From contig CAXXVS010000003.1 of the NCBI GenBank assembly GCA_963674755.2, positions 320,001-384,000 on the forward strand: DNA of 64,000 bases, in the 5' to 3' direction. The position numbers and the translations under genes are program-made. The notes below the pieces were generated by a model, which had not been told where the DNA came from, made no database searches, and saw only the letters and a list, made by a program, of their open reading frames with translations. The stretch comes from Desulfobacterales bacterium (lineage in GTDB: Bacteria; Desulfobacterota; Desulfobacteria; Desulfobacterales; UBA5852). This document shows positions 43,275-52,574 of this stretch, in pieces (within the stretch, counting starts at the first letter, position 1; each line of letters begins with the position of its first letter).

Positions 43275-43415
43275 ATGAAAAGAACCTATCAGCCCAGTCG
43301 AATCAAACGTGCCCGAACCCATGGGTTTCGTAAGCGGATGTCCACCAAAGGAGGGCGGGCCGTGATCAATCGCCGTCGCGCCAAAGGCCGTAAACGGCTA
43401 GCCGTTAAATATTGA
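43275..43415 (+). CDS. rpmH: 50S ribosomal protein L34 (not in ORF track)
   Basis: Translates [46 protein letters not shown]. Confidence 0.98.
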   Translation: MKRTYQPSRIKRARTHGFRKRMSTKGGRAVINRRRAKGRKRLAVKY

Positions 43416-43460
43416 TCCGAAGTGGCGGCGCCCAAAAAGTCAATTGTGCTGTAAAGGTGA

Positions 43461-43844
43461 ATGCGCCGATCAGATGATGAAAGGCGATGGGCGAAAGTGC
43501 GATCTTTGGGGCAAGGATTTCCTAAAGCGAACCGCATACGCAAGCGCCCCGAATTCAAGCAATTGGGTGAGGTGGGAAAACGCCTTGTGGGGCGGCACTT
43601 CATTGTGGTTTACGTTTCCAGTGAACATCCCCAATCCCGAATCGGTATCACCGTTACCAAAAAGGTAGGAAACGCGGTAACCCGCAATCGCCTCAAGCGA
43701 GTGTGTCGAGAGTTTTTTCGTACCTACCGGAAACGATTGGCGGTTGCTTACGATGTGCACCTTATCGCGCGCAACGCCGCCGCGGGGGCAGCCCATAAAG
43801 AATTAGTCTATAGCCTTGAAAAGCTCTTCTCCCAAATTAAGTGA
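43461..43844 (+). CDS. rnpA: Ribonuclease P protein component
   Basis: [21 protein letters not shown] (RNR motif); synteny; start uncertain. Confidence 0.95.
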   Translation: MRRSDDERRWAKVRSLGQGFPKANRIRKRPEFKQLGEVGKRLVGRHFIVVYVSSEHPQSRIGITVTKKVGNAVTRNRLKRVCREFFRTYRKRLAVAYDVHLIARNAAAGAAHKELVYSLEKLFSQIK

Positions 43845-44076
43845 GGGCCTGCAGGAACTTGGGATCGGCGCCTGGATTATCCTGAAGATGATAAAGGGAT
43901 ATCAATGGTTCATATCCCCGCTGCTTGGCCCCCGGTGCCGCTTTTATCCGACCTGCTCACAATATGCCGCCGAAGCCGTTTTACGTCACGGAATCCTCAG
44001 AGGCACGTTTCTCAGCATCAAAAGAATTTTAAAATGCCATCCGTTCCATCCCGGCGGTGTCGACCCTGTTCCGTGA
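43816..44076 (+). CDS. yidD: Membrane protein insertion efficiency factor
   Basis: [31 protein letters not shown]; true start may be later. Confidence 0.93.
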   Translation: MKSSSPKLSEGLQELGIGAWIILKMIKGYQWFISPLLGPRCRFYPTCSQYAAEAVLRHGILRGTFLSIKRILKCHPFHPGGVDPVP

Positions 44077-44258
44077 GGCCTCATCGCCAAAAGGCTTTCT
44101 CGGTTTACCATTCGGCCGGGCCTGTTGCCATGGTTAAAGGTACGGCACACGAAAGCTGAGCCGTTGATGTGGAGTACGGAATCAACTCGAGTTGAAGAAT
44201 TTAGCGGTCTGCAGAGGGAAGCCTAGCTTTCAGGCCAAATCTTAGGAGAGTTTATAAA

Positions 44259-45947
44259 ATGGAACAAATGCGTTTGCTGCTTGCCATCGTCCTATCGTTT
44301 CTCGTTTTCGTCGTGTGGCAATGGCTGATGGTTGAGCCCGAAATGGCCAAACAGACGCCAGAACAAGCAACGCTGGCCGAAAGCACCCCTACATCGGAAG
44401 AAAGTGCGACGACCCCCTCGGCTAAACCGGAGGGGGGGAGAAACCTGGTTGCGCCGGAAGTCCAGGAAACCCCATTACCACAGGCGCCGCCCACCCTGGA
44501 AAATCGCGAAGCGCGGCAGATCCGTGTCGAAACCCCGCTTTATACGGCCGTATTCACCGAGAAGGGTGGTGCTTTGGATGACCTCATCCTGAAAGACTAC
44601 CATGAGACTACCGCTAAAGACAGTCCGCTTAAGGATATGATTCCCGAAGCGGCACGGAAAATTCCGCTCCAAACGGGCTGGGTGGGGAAGAATTTACCAG
44701 GAATGGAAAACGCGCTCTATGAAAGCGGCACCTCCCAGGATGAAATCCAGGTCCAGAATACGCCGCAGACCATTGAATTCCGTTATACCAATGCCCAAGG
44801 CATCACCATTCGAAAAGAATTTTCCTTCCGGCCCGATAGCTACCTTATAGGAATGACGGTGACGATTGCCAACCATTCGGCGGCTGCCATTGACGGAAAA
44901 CCCATGGTGAAGATCGCCAACGTCGTTGGCGATCCTGACAGTCGTATTACATTTGAAGGGCCCATGGCGCTGATGGGCACCAGCCTTGAAGAAGTCAAAA
45001 TGAAGGATATCGCCAAACAGCCCGAACTGGAAGGCTCTTTGCGCTGGATCGGTATAACGGATCGCTATTTTATGACGGTTCTTATCCCGGAAGAATCCAT
45101 CGACGGTGCGATGAAGATGGAAAAAGTCGGTGACGACATGGTCATTGCCACCCTGGTTTTACCGGAAACCAGCATCGCTCCGGGCGAGGATAAGAACTTC
45201 AGCTACAAATCGTTCATCGGGCCTAAGGATACCGAAGTGCTGGCGAAGGCCAACTACGATCTGAGCAAGGCCGTCAATTTCGGGATGTTTGATCTTTTAG
45301 CCAAACCTTTTTTATGGATCATGAATCAGATTTACAAGGTCATACCGAACTACGGCATTGCCATCATTCTGTTGACCTTGATGACCAAAATCATTTTATG
45401 GCCGCTGGGCAATAAAAGCTATAAATCCATGAACGACATGAAGCGCATGCAGCCGCTCATGGCTGAAATCCGGGAAAAGTATAAAGGCGACAAAAAGAAA
45501 ATGAACGAAGAGACCATGGCGCTTTACCGCACCTACAAGATCAATCCTATGGGCGGATGCCTTCCGATGATTGTACAACTGCCTGTATTTTTTGCGCTTT
45601 ATCGTATGCTTTACCAAGCCATCGAACTCCGGCATGCACCGTTCTTCGGCTGGATCAACGATTTATCAGCACCGGATCGATTGTTTCATTTTGGATTTAG
45701 CATTCCCTTCATGCAACCGCCTTACGGGATTCCCGTGCTGACCATCGTGATGGGGGTTACCATGCTGCTGCAGCAAAAAATGTCACCGCCGCCGGGCGAT
45801 CCGACCCAGGCCAAAATGATGATGTTCATGCCGATTATTTTCACCGTGATCTTTATTAATTTTCCGGCCGGACTTGTACTGTACTGGTTGACGAATAATA
45901 TTTTTTCCATAGCGCAGCAATATTACATCCAAAAGAAATATGCTTAA
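44259..45947 (+). CDS. yidC: Membrane protein insertase
   Basis: NYGIAII, INPMGGCLP, WINDLSAPD, GLVLYW. Confidence 0.96.
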   Translation: MEQMRLLLAIVLSFLVFVVWQWLMVEPEMAKQTPEQATLAESTPTSEESATTPSAKPEGGRNLVAPEVQETPLPQAPPTLENREARQIRVETPLYTAVFTEKGGALDDLILKDYHETTAKDSPLKDMIPEAARKIPLQTGWVGKNLPGMENALYESGTSQDEIQVQNTPQTIEFRYTNAQGITIRKEFSFRPDSYLIGMTVTIANHSAAAIDGKPMVKIANVVGDPDSRITFEGPMALMGTSLEEVKMKDIAKQPELEGSLRWIGITDRYFMTVLIPEESIDGAMKMEKVGDDMVIATLVLPETSIAPGEDKNFSYKSFIGPKDTEVLAKANYDLSKAVNFGMFDLLAKPFLWIMNQIYKVIPNYGIAIILLTLMTKIILWPLGNKSYKSMNDMKRMQPLMAEIREKYKGDKKKMNEETMALYRTYKINPMGGCLPMIVQLPVFFALYRMLYQAIELRHAPFFGWINDLSAPDRLFHFGFSIPFMQPPYGIPVLTIVMGVTMLLQQKMSPPPGDPTQAKMMMFMPIIFTVIFINFPAGLVLYWLTNNIFSIAQQYYIQKKYA

Positions 45948-45962
45948 AGCCAGAGGATTTTT

Positions 45963-46703
45963 ATGACGGCTGACATGGAATTTACCGGACGAAACGTTAA
46001 AAAGGCGCTTCAAAAAGCCGCTGAAAGGCTCGACATACCGGCTGAAAAGATTGACTATGATATCCTGTCACACGGTTCAACGGGCATTTTCGGGTTGGCC
46101 GGCATCAAAAAAGCCCGCATTGTGGTCAAAAGCAAGACAGAAGAAGATCGACCCAATGATGATAATGAACCCGAGGAAGCCCTAGCCAAGAAGAAGACCG
46201 TTACGGACCGTGAAAATGCAGTGGCGAGCGATCCTGAAGAGGCTATCCAAATCGGCGAAGCGGTTTTGCGACGCATGGTGGATGCCATTTCACCAGAGGC
46301 TACGATTGTTGTCGAAAGAGATGAAAAGCGGGTGCGGTTTATCATCGAAGGGGGTCAGTCCGGAATTCTGATCGGCAAACGTGGACAGACCCTCGATGCC
46401 ATGCAGCTTTTGGTCGAAAAGGCGGCGCGGCGGCTTGGCGGACAGCGCATGCGGTTACAGGTCGACGTTGAGGGGTATCTCGCCAAAAAGAAGGCCGGAC
46501 TAGTGCAAACGGCCGAACGTGTTGCCAAAAAGGTGGCCTCCAAAGGGAATCCGGGCAGCATTGGATATCTCAACGCGCAGGATAGGCGCATCGTACATTT
46601 GGCCCTGAAAAACAACCGCAGTGTTCGGACCAAAAGTGTCGGTGAAGGGCCGGTGCGCAAACTGATGATTTATCCACAGCGAAATCCACGAACCAAAACC
46701 TGA
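45963..46703 (+). CDS. jag: Jag/EloR RNA-binding protein (Jag_N, KH, R3H)
   Basis: LIGKRGQTLDA (KH), RRIVH (R3H); synteny. Confidence 0.92.
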   Translation: MTADMEFTGRNVKKALQKAAERLDIPAEKIDYDILSHGSTGIFGLAGIKKARIVVKSKTEEDRPNDDNEPEEALAKKKTVTDRENAVASDPEEAIQIGEAVLRRMVDAISPEATIVVERDEKRVRFIIEGGQSGILIGKRGQTLDAMQLLVEKAARRLGGQRMRLQVDVEGYLAKKKAGLVQTAERVAKKVASKGNPGSIGYLNAQDRRIVHLALKNNRSVRTKSVGEGPVRKLMIYPQRNPRTKT

Positions 46704-46739
46704 GTTCGGGCCGTTTCATTTTGTCTAACGTCAGATACC

Positions 46740-46763
46740 AAGCCGCTTTTTAAAGCGGCTTTT
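46740..46763 (+). terminator. Possible intrinsic terminator/attenuator between jag and mnmE
   Basis: AAGCCGCTTT-TT-AAAGCGGCTT followed by Ts. Confidence 0.5.
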
Positions 46764-46791
46764 ATGATTTATACCGGCACGACGATCCACC

Positions 46792-48168
46792 ATGCTCAAC
46801 GACACCATCGCCGCTATCGCGACACCTCCCGGAACCGGAGGCATAGCGATCATCAAAATTTCCGGTCCGGATGCCCTTGGGGCCGCCGAGATACTTTTTA
46901 AGCCGGCTAACCCACAGCGATCGTTGCCCGAACTGCCTAGCCAAAGCATGCTTTACGGGCATGTTTATGACCCCGGGCAGGGGGACCTGATCGACGAGGT
47001 TCTGATTACCGTGCTCAAGGGGCCCCACAGTTTTACCGGTGAAGATGTGGTGGAAATCAATTGTCATGGCGGTCCCCAGGTTTCACGGACCATTCTCGAC
47101 CTGCTTTTGGAAAGAGGTCTTCGTCTGGCGGAGCCGGGCGAATTTACCCGCCGGGCCTTTATGAATGGCCGCATCGATCTGACCCAGGCGGAAGCCACGA
47201 TCGATTTGATTCAGGCCCGGACAAGACGCGCGGCCCGGCTCGGAGGCCGGATGCTCAAGGGCGGACTGGGAAACAAAATCCAATCCCTTCTGCGCATTAT
47301 CGACGAGAGCCGTATGCGTATCGAGGCAGCCATCGAATTTGGCGAAGAGACGGACATGGATGTAGCGCCCCAGGATATCCAGGACATGCTGGGCCAAAAG
47401 GTTTTGCCGGTTATCAACCAACTCATCGTGGCTCATCAACATGGCGAGTGGCTTCGCAATGGCCTCCGTATCGTGCTCGTCGGCAAGCCTAACGTGGGTA
47501 AGTCCAGTTTGATGAATCGGCTTTTACAGAAGGAACGGGTCATAGTTACGCCGATTGCCGGGACAACGCGTGACACGATTGAAGAAGGATTTGAAATCGA
47601 AGGGGTTCCCATTCTGTTGACCGATACGGCGGGGCTACGGCGCCATCCTGATCCTATTGAACGGGTCGGACAGGAGAAAGCCTGGCAGGCTATCGAACAG
47701 GCGGATTTGCTTTTGTTCATGATTGACGGGAGTCAATCTGTCGACGATTATGATCGTGAGTTGGCAGACAAGGTCGAAGGACGGCCACATTTGGTCGTAC
47801 GCAACAAGGTGGATATTGTGGCCGATCCGGCGCGACGGGCGTCGTTTGCTGCCCCGCCGTTAGATGGCTATCTCGATATTTCGGCTCTGCGGGGAGACGG
47901 GCTCGAAACGCTCAAGACCAAAATAATGGATCATTTCGGAGAGGATCTGGCGATCGGCAATGACACCTGGCTGCCGAGTCGGCGGCAAAAGGACCTCTTG
48001 ATGAAAGTGCAGAGCCTTCTTAGCGATTCTCTTGCAACGAGCCCCACGATTGATGCGCTGGCGATGGATTTGAAAGATTGCGAACACTATTTTAATCAGA
48101 TAATAGGAATAGATGTTGAACCGGATGTGTTGGAAACCATTTTTAAGCGCTTCTGTATAGGGAAATAA
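46792..48168 (+). CDS. mnmE: tRNA modification GTPase MnmE
   Basis: DTIAAIAT, GKPNVGKSS, GTTRD, DTAG, NKVD, C-terminal FCIGK. Confidence 0.97.
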   Translation: MLNDTIAAIATPPGTGGIAIIKISGPDALGAAEILFKPANPQRSLPELPSQSMLYGHVYDPGQGDLIDEVLITVLKGPHSFTGEDVVEINCHGGPQVSRTILDLLLERGLRLAEPGEFTRRAFMNGRIDLTQAEATIDLIQARTRRAARLGGRMLKGGLGNKIQSLLRIIDESRMRIEAAIEFGEETDMDVAPQDIQDMLGQKVLPVINQLIVAHQHGEWLRNGLRIVLVGKPNVGKSSLMNRLLQKERVIVTPIAGTTRDTIEEGFEIEGVPILLTDTAGLRRHPDPIERVGQEKAWQAIEQADLLLFMIDGSQSVDDYDRELADKVEGRPHLVVRNKVDIVADPARRASFAAPPLDGYLDISALRGDGLETLKTKIMDHFGEDLAIGNDTWLPSRRQKDLLMKVQSLLSDSLATSPTIDALAMDLKDCEHYFNQIIGIDVEPDVLETIFKRFCIGK

Positions 48169-48184
48169 TGTTTCACGTGAAACA
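48169..48184. other. parS centromere-like site
   Basis: Perfect palindrome TGTTTCACGTGAAACA immediately after the mnmE stop. Confidence 0.92.
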
Positions 48185-48225
48185 ATCAATGCCCTGCTAA
48201 GGGAGCCCCCCAAAGGAGTTGGTCA

Positions 48226-48894
48226 ATGGATTTCGCCCCCTACTTTTTAAAATACGAAGCTCTCTCAAAAGCGGCCGACCAGGTATTCGAGCGTGTTCGG
48301 CAAGCCTTTCCGGATTGTGTGCAGTGCCGGGAGGAGTGCGCCGACTGCTGCCATGCCCTTTTTGATCTAACCCTGATCGAAGCCCTGTACATGAATGAAA
48401 AGTTCAAGGCCCGTTACGATGGTGCGGAGCGCGAGGCCATGCTGGAAAAAGCTAACCGGGCCGATCGGACGATCCATAAATTGAAACGCGAAGCCTATCG
48501 GGATTTAAAGGCCGGTAAATCCGAAGATGAGATTCTGGCCGCTCTGGGAGAAGAGCGGGTGCGTTGTCCCCTGCTAAACGAGCGCGACATGTGTGACATG
48601 TATCAACACCGGCCGATCACCTGTCGTCTCTATGGCATTCCAACCGCCATTGGTGGGAAGGGGCGCACTTGCAAGCTTTCCAAATTTGAGGGCGGCAAAT
48701 CCTATCCTACGGCCGATATCGACAAGATTCACAGCCGGCTCCAGGAGATTTCGGCGGAGATCTTACGGGATATTCAATCCGCTAATATCAAGTTGGCCGA
48801 TCTTCTGATGCCCCTTTCGATGGCCCTGATAACGGAGTTCGATGACGCCTTCATGGGGACCGAAGAATCGGCATCGGAAAAGGAGTCCTCCTGA
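48226..48894 (+). CDS. YkgJ-family cysteine-cluster protein
   Basis: CREECADCC, CPLL, CDMYQHRPITCRLYG; RBS AAGGAG. Confidence 0.85.
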   Translation: MDFAPYFLKYEALSKAADQVFERVRQAFPDCVQCREECADCCHALFDLTLIEALYMNEKFKARYDGAEREAMLEKANRADRTIHKLKREAYRDLKAGKSEDEILAALGEERVRCPLLNERDMCDMYQHRPITCRLYGIPTAIGGKGRTCKLSKFEGGKSYPTADIDKIHSRLQEISAEILRDIQSANIKLADLLMPLSMALITEFDDAFMGTEESASEKESS

Positions 48895-48895
48895 A

Positions 48896-49246
48896 ATGAC
48901 GGTATCCAAAGATGAGGCCGAAGCAAGAAAACGCGCCATCTACGAAAGTCTGGGAAGCCGCAACCGACGCTATATCGATCGTATCGGTTATGACAAATGG
49001 GATCCCTTTGAGGAACCCAAGGATCCGATCGAAATCCGTCGGGACCCCACCAAGCGGACCAGCCAGCAATTGGTTCGAGAATTTCTTCAGTCGCGTCCCA
49101 TGGAGGGCTACAGCAATGCCTATGGGCGGGGCGTCCTTGAAATGTGCCTGGGCATTATCAACAATGACGAGCGCTATGTCGCCATGTTGGAGTTTGCCAC
49201 CTGGTACAATGCCCTTCTCGAGAGGGAAGGGGCCAAGCGGGATTGA
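48896..49246 (+). CDS. Hypothetical protein
   Basis: ORF starts 1 nt after the preceding stop (IGYDKWDPFEEPKDP). Confidence 0.75.
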   Translation: MTVSKDEAEARKRAIYESLGSRNRRYIDRIGYDKWDPFEEPKDPIEIRRDPTKRTSQQLVREFLQSRPMEGYSNAYGRGVLEMCLGIINNDERYVAMLEFATWYNALLEREGAKRD

Positions 49247-50133
49247 TCCCCGTGGGGCGGTTGGAAAAAGAGCAACAAGCGCGGGAAATACCGACTCATA
49301 TCCGCAATGCCATTCAAGATCGGATTTTCAACGCCGGGCGCCACCATACGATGCGCGATCTGGTGCATGAAATTGCACAACAACAAAACTGTTCCCGTTC
49401 CGTGGTCCAATCAGCTCTCCGCAGGCTCATAGCGGAGGGCGTTCTCGAATATCATTACACCTTCGGGCAGTCTTATCTGGGGGTGTCCTTCGCCCATCCG
49501 GTGGAATTGACCTCCCGCTTCACCATTGTCCCACCCGGACACGCCGGCCAAATGCCGCCGGCCAAGATTCCCCTGGTCATCGCTCCGGGAATTGCCTTCG
49601 GTGATGGCCGACACGCCACGACGTGCCTGGCACTTTGCGCTCTTGACAAAGGATGGGGCCATTTCCGGCAACACAACCCGGACGCCGCCATACGTGCGGT
49701 GGATATTGGTACGGGCAGCGGGATTCTGGCGATAGCGGCCGCCAGCCTGGGTGCGGCGCGTGTCTTGGCACTGGACATCGATGCCTGCGCCCGCACGGAA
49801 GCCCTCCACAACGTTCGATTAAATCCAAAGGCGGTAGCGGTCGTCCATGTTACCGACAGCGCTGCGGAGTCCCTTGACGAGCGATTCGATTTGATTATGG
49901 CCAATCTTCGCTTGCCGACGCTGGCGGGTTTGGTCGGATGGGTGCGCAATTGTTTAAGCCCTCGGGGCTGTGTGGTGGTCAGCGGATGCCGGGAGGAGGA
50001 GTGGCCGCATCTCGTGGGCATTTACGACGCCAAAGGATTGCATCCGTTATGGCAAAATGCAAGCAGAGGGTGGGCCGGAGGCGTATTTATAGACGCTGAA
50101 GAGGGGGCGTTAGCTTCGTATGGCGCAACCTAG
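49243..50133 (+). CDS. PrmA-like class I SAM methyltransferase with atypical N-terminus
   Basis: AFGDGRHATT, VDIGTGSGILAI, DID, MANL, SG motifs. Confidence 0.75.
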   Translation: MIPVGRLEKEQQAREIPTHIRNAIQDRIFNAGRHHTMRDLVHEIAQQQNCSRSVVQSALRRLIAEGVLEYHYTFGQSYLGVSFAHPVELTSRFTIVPPGHAGQMPPAKIPLVIAPGIAFGDGRHATTCLALCALDKGWGHFRQHNPDAAIRAVDIGTGSGILAIAAASLGAARVLALDIDACARTEALHNVRLNPKAVAVVHVTDSAAESLDERFDLIMANLRLPTLAGLVGWVRNCLSPRGCVVVSGCREEEWPHLVGIYDAKGLHPLWQNASRGWAGGVFIDAEEGALASYGAT

Positions 50134-50194
50134 CGGATAAAGATCACCCCTGTCCACAGGGCCTCCAGGGCGCTAATTTTCAAAAAAAACTAAA

Positions 50195-50242
50195 ACACAA
50201 TATGTTGTATTCTTGTCCAGGAGATAGTCGAATATATGGCAT
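50195..50242. promoter_or_regulatory. Tandem NrdR-box-like sites in a convergent intergenic gap
   Basis: ACACAATATGTTGTAT (50195-50210) and GTCGAATATATGGCAT (50227-50242), starts 32 bp apart. Confidence 0.55.
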
Positions 50243-50390
50243 ATGGTGGATTCGGCGTTTCAGGCCTTATCTGGTAAGGCTTTCCAGCAACAGGGGAGGC
50301 GGATCGACCATGCTCCAGTCGCTAGGGGCGCCATGAGGCGTATTCGTAGGAGGGTCTACATACCGCGGCAGCTTGACATCGATCTTGGGA

Positions 50391-51371
50391 TCACGCCCGG
50401 GGGCGGAAGACCAGTTTGCCTCCAAGCCATCCGGCGATGCCGGCAACGACCAGCATAACAACGTGCAGCAGCAAATAAAAAGCACCGGGGTCGCGTGCGG
50501 ATTCGGGGGATATCAACCCCCAGGCGAAGAGAATAAAAGACAAAACCAGCACGGCCGCACCACAGATAATCTTCCACTTGAACAGATCCGTCATGTTGCC
50601 GCCAAACTTGAATTGCCAGTGGAGATAACCGGTGAAGAGGACCACCGGCATGGAGAGGAGGATAAAGCCCATGTTGTAAACAGCGGCCTGCCCGATGGCC
50701 GGCCAGTGAAAAATGGCCGTTAAAAATACCATGGTCACTGTAATGGGCAACACACCGTTGGGAATGTGAACGGCAATCGGATGGGCGTGATAGTCAATCG
50801 CCAGATCGATCCACTTTCGATAGGGAGTTAAAAAGGCGGCAGCTGGTGGGGCTTGATCGTAAGCAGGCGTCGCTTCCGTTTCCGTTGGTGCCGGTTTTTC
50901 TTCGGGCGTATCTATCCGCACGAATTGGGATCTATCGGCACCGCATACCGGACATTTTTCAGGAGGCTCGGGGCCGGTGTGGATATAGCCGCACACCGTG
51001 CATTGCCAGCGCAGTTCCGGGCCTATGTTGCGGGCTTCCTGATTGCCGGAGACCGGCGCAGGAGATGGCGCCGGAGGGGTCGGGCGGGGCGTTTCATCGG
51101 CGGTATGAAAGTGGCGTCCTTCTGATCCGCAAACAGGGCATGTGTCGGGCGGGGTGGCGCCGGTATGGGCAAAGCCGCATACGCTACATTCCCACTTTAG
51201 GGCGGCGGGCGGTGAGGATTCCGGCTCTGAAGCGGCTGCGCCGGGAGCCGTCTCTTCAGCCTCATCCACAGGAACAAAGCGGCTTCGGTCGGCGCCGCAG
51301 ACCGGACATTGATCCGGCGGCTCAGCGCCCTGGTGAACATAGCCACATACCGTACAGCGCCACTTTTTCAT
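50391..51371 (-). CDS. Three rubredoxin-like domains fused to a DUF2231-like membrane domain
   Basis: 3x WxCxVCG..H..P..CPVCG; C-terminal HPIAVHIPNG followed by about 4 TM helices. Confidence 0.85.
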   Translation of the reverse strand: MKKWRCTVCGYVHQGAEPPDQCPVCGADRSRFVPVDEAEETAPGAAASEPESSPPAALKWECSVCGFAHTGATPPDTCPVCGSEGRHFHTADETPRPTPPAPSPAPVSGNQEARNIGPELRWQCTVCGYIHTGPEPPEKCPVCGADRSQFVRIDTPEEKPAPTETEATPAYDQAPPAAAFLTPYRKWIDLAIDYHAHPIAVHIPNGVLPITVTMVFLTAIFHWPAIGQAAVYNMGFILLSMPVVLFTGYLHWQFKFGGNMTDLFKWKIICGAAVLVLSFILFAWGLISPESARDPGAFYLLLHVVMLVVAGIAGWLGGKLVFRPRA

Positions 51372-51398
51372 TGTATCTCCCTGAGGACGCGAATTTTA

Positions 51399-52538
51399 TT
51401 ATCCCATGATGTTGAAGGACCAGAGCACACCGGCGGCAATGGCGGAGCCGATCACGCCGGAAGAATTGCAGGCCATGGCATGCATGAGCAGGTAATTGTC
51501 GGGATCTTCGTGTTGGCCCATCAAATGAACTTCGCGGGCCGAACCGGGAACCGCGGAGACGCCGGCGGCACCCAGGAGAGGGTTGATCTTTTTCTTCAGG
51601 AAAAGATTCATGATTTTGCCGAAGATGACACCGGAAGCTGTGGCCAAAGAGAAGGCCAATGCGCCCAGCCCGAAAATTTTCAAAGACTGGGGGGTCAGGA
51701 AGACATCCGCCTGGGTGCTCATCCCCACCGCGAAACCGAGAAAGACGGTGGCCGTGTCAATGATGGCGTTGCGCGCCGTATTGGCCAAACGGTCGACGAC
51801 GCCGCATTCCTTGAGCAGGTTTCCCAGAAACAGCATGCCAAGCAAAGGCAGAGCCGTGGGTGCCAACAGACAGCAAAGCAATACCCCAAGGATAGGGAAG
51901 ACCAGCTTTTCGGTGCGCGAGACGTCGCGCAGGTCTTCCATGCGGATGAGCCGTTCTTTGCGGGAGGTTAGAGCCCGCATGATAGGCGGCTGAATCACCG
52001 GAATAAGGGCCATGTAAGAATAGGCGGCGATCGCAATCGGACCGATCAAATGCGGGGCGAGTTTGGCGGTCAAAAAGATGGAGGTGGGGCCGTCGGCACC
52101 ACCAATGATAGCGATAGACGCCGCTTCCCTGGGCAGAAAGCCTAAGAACAAAGCGCCCAGCAAGGTGAAAAAGACGCCCATTTGAGCGGCGGCCCCCAGC
52201 AGCATCAATTTAGGCTGGGCCAGCAGGGAAGAAAAATCTGTCATGGCCCCCAGGCCAAGAAACACGATAGAGGGGTATACGCCGGTGGTAACACCGAAAT
52301 AAAGGTAGTGAAAAACACTATTGTTTTCATAGACACCAATTCCGAAACCCTTAAAAAACGGTATGTTACCAACAATAATGCCGAAAGCGATGGGCACTAA
52401 AAGCAGGGGCTCGTATTTTTTGGCAATGCCGAGATAAAGAAAAAGGCAACCCACCAGGATCATGATGATATAGCGAAAATCCTGGGAGATGAAATAGTAG
52501 CCGGTGTTGGTGAGAAAAGAGATCAATAAATCATACAT
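51399..52538 (-). CDS. oadB: Na+-translocating decarboxylase beta subunit
   Basis: YEPLLLVPI, GAMTDF, IIGGADGPT, AYSYMAL, GVSAVP. Confidence 0.93.
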   Translation of the reverse strand: MYDLLISFLTNTGYYFISQDFRYIIMILVGCLFLYLGIAKKYEPLLLVPIAFGIIVGNIPFFKGFGIGVYENNSVFHYLYFGVTTGVYPSIVFLGLGAMTDFSSLLAQPKLMLLGAAAQMGVFFTLLGALFLGFLPREAASIAIIGGADGPTSIFLTAKLAPHLIGPIAIAAYSYMALIPVIQPPIMRALTSRKERLIRMEDLRDVSRTEKLVFPILGVLLCCLLAPTALPLLGMLFLGNLLKECGVVDRLANTARNAIIDTATVFLGFAVGMSTQADVFLTPQSLKIFGLGALAFSLATASGVIFGKIMNLFLKKKINPLLGAAGVSAVPGSAREVHLMGQHEDPDNYLLMHAMACNSSGVIGSAIAAGVLWSFNIMG

Positions 52539-52574
52539 GGCGCAACCTCTGGGGGCTCATAATCGATACCCGAA

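Noticed and set aside
46670..46678. Perfect DnaA box TTATCCACA
   Set aside because: Single site inside jag coding sequence; could be chance, so not called an origin
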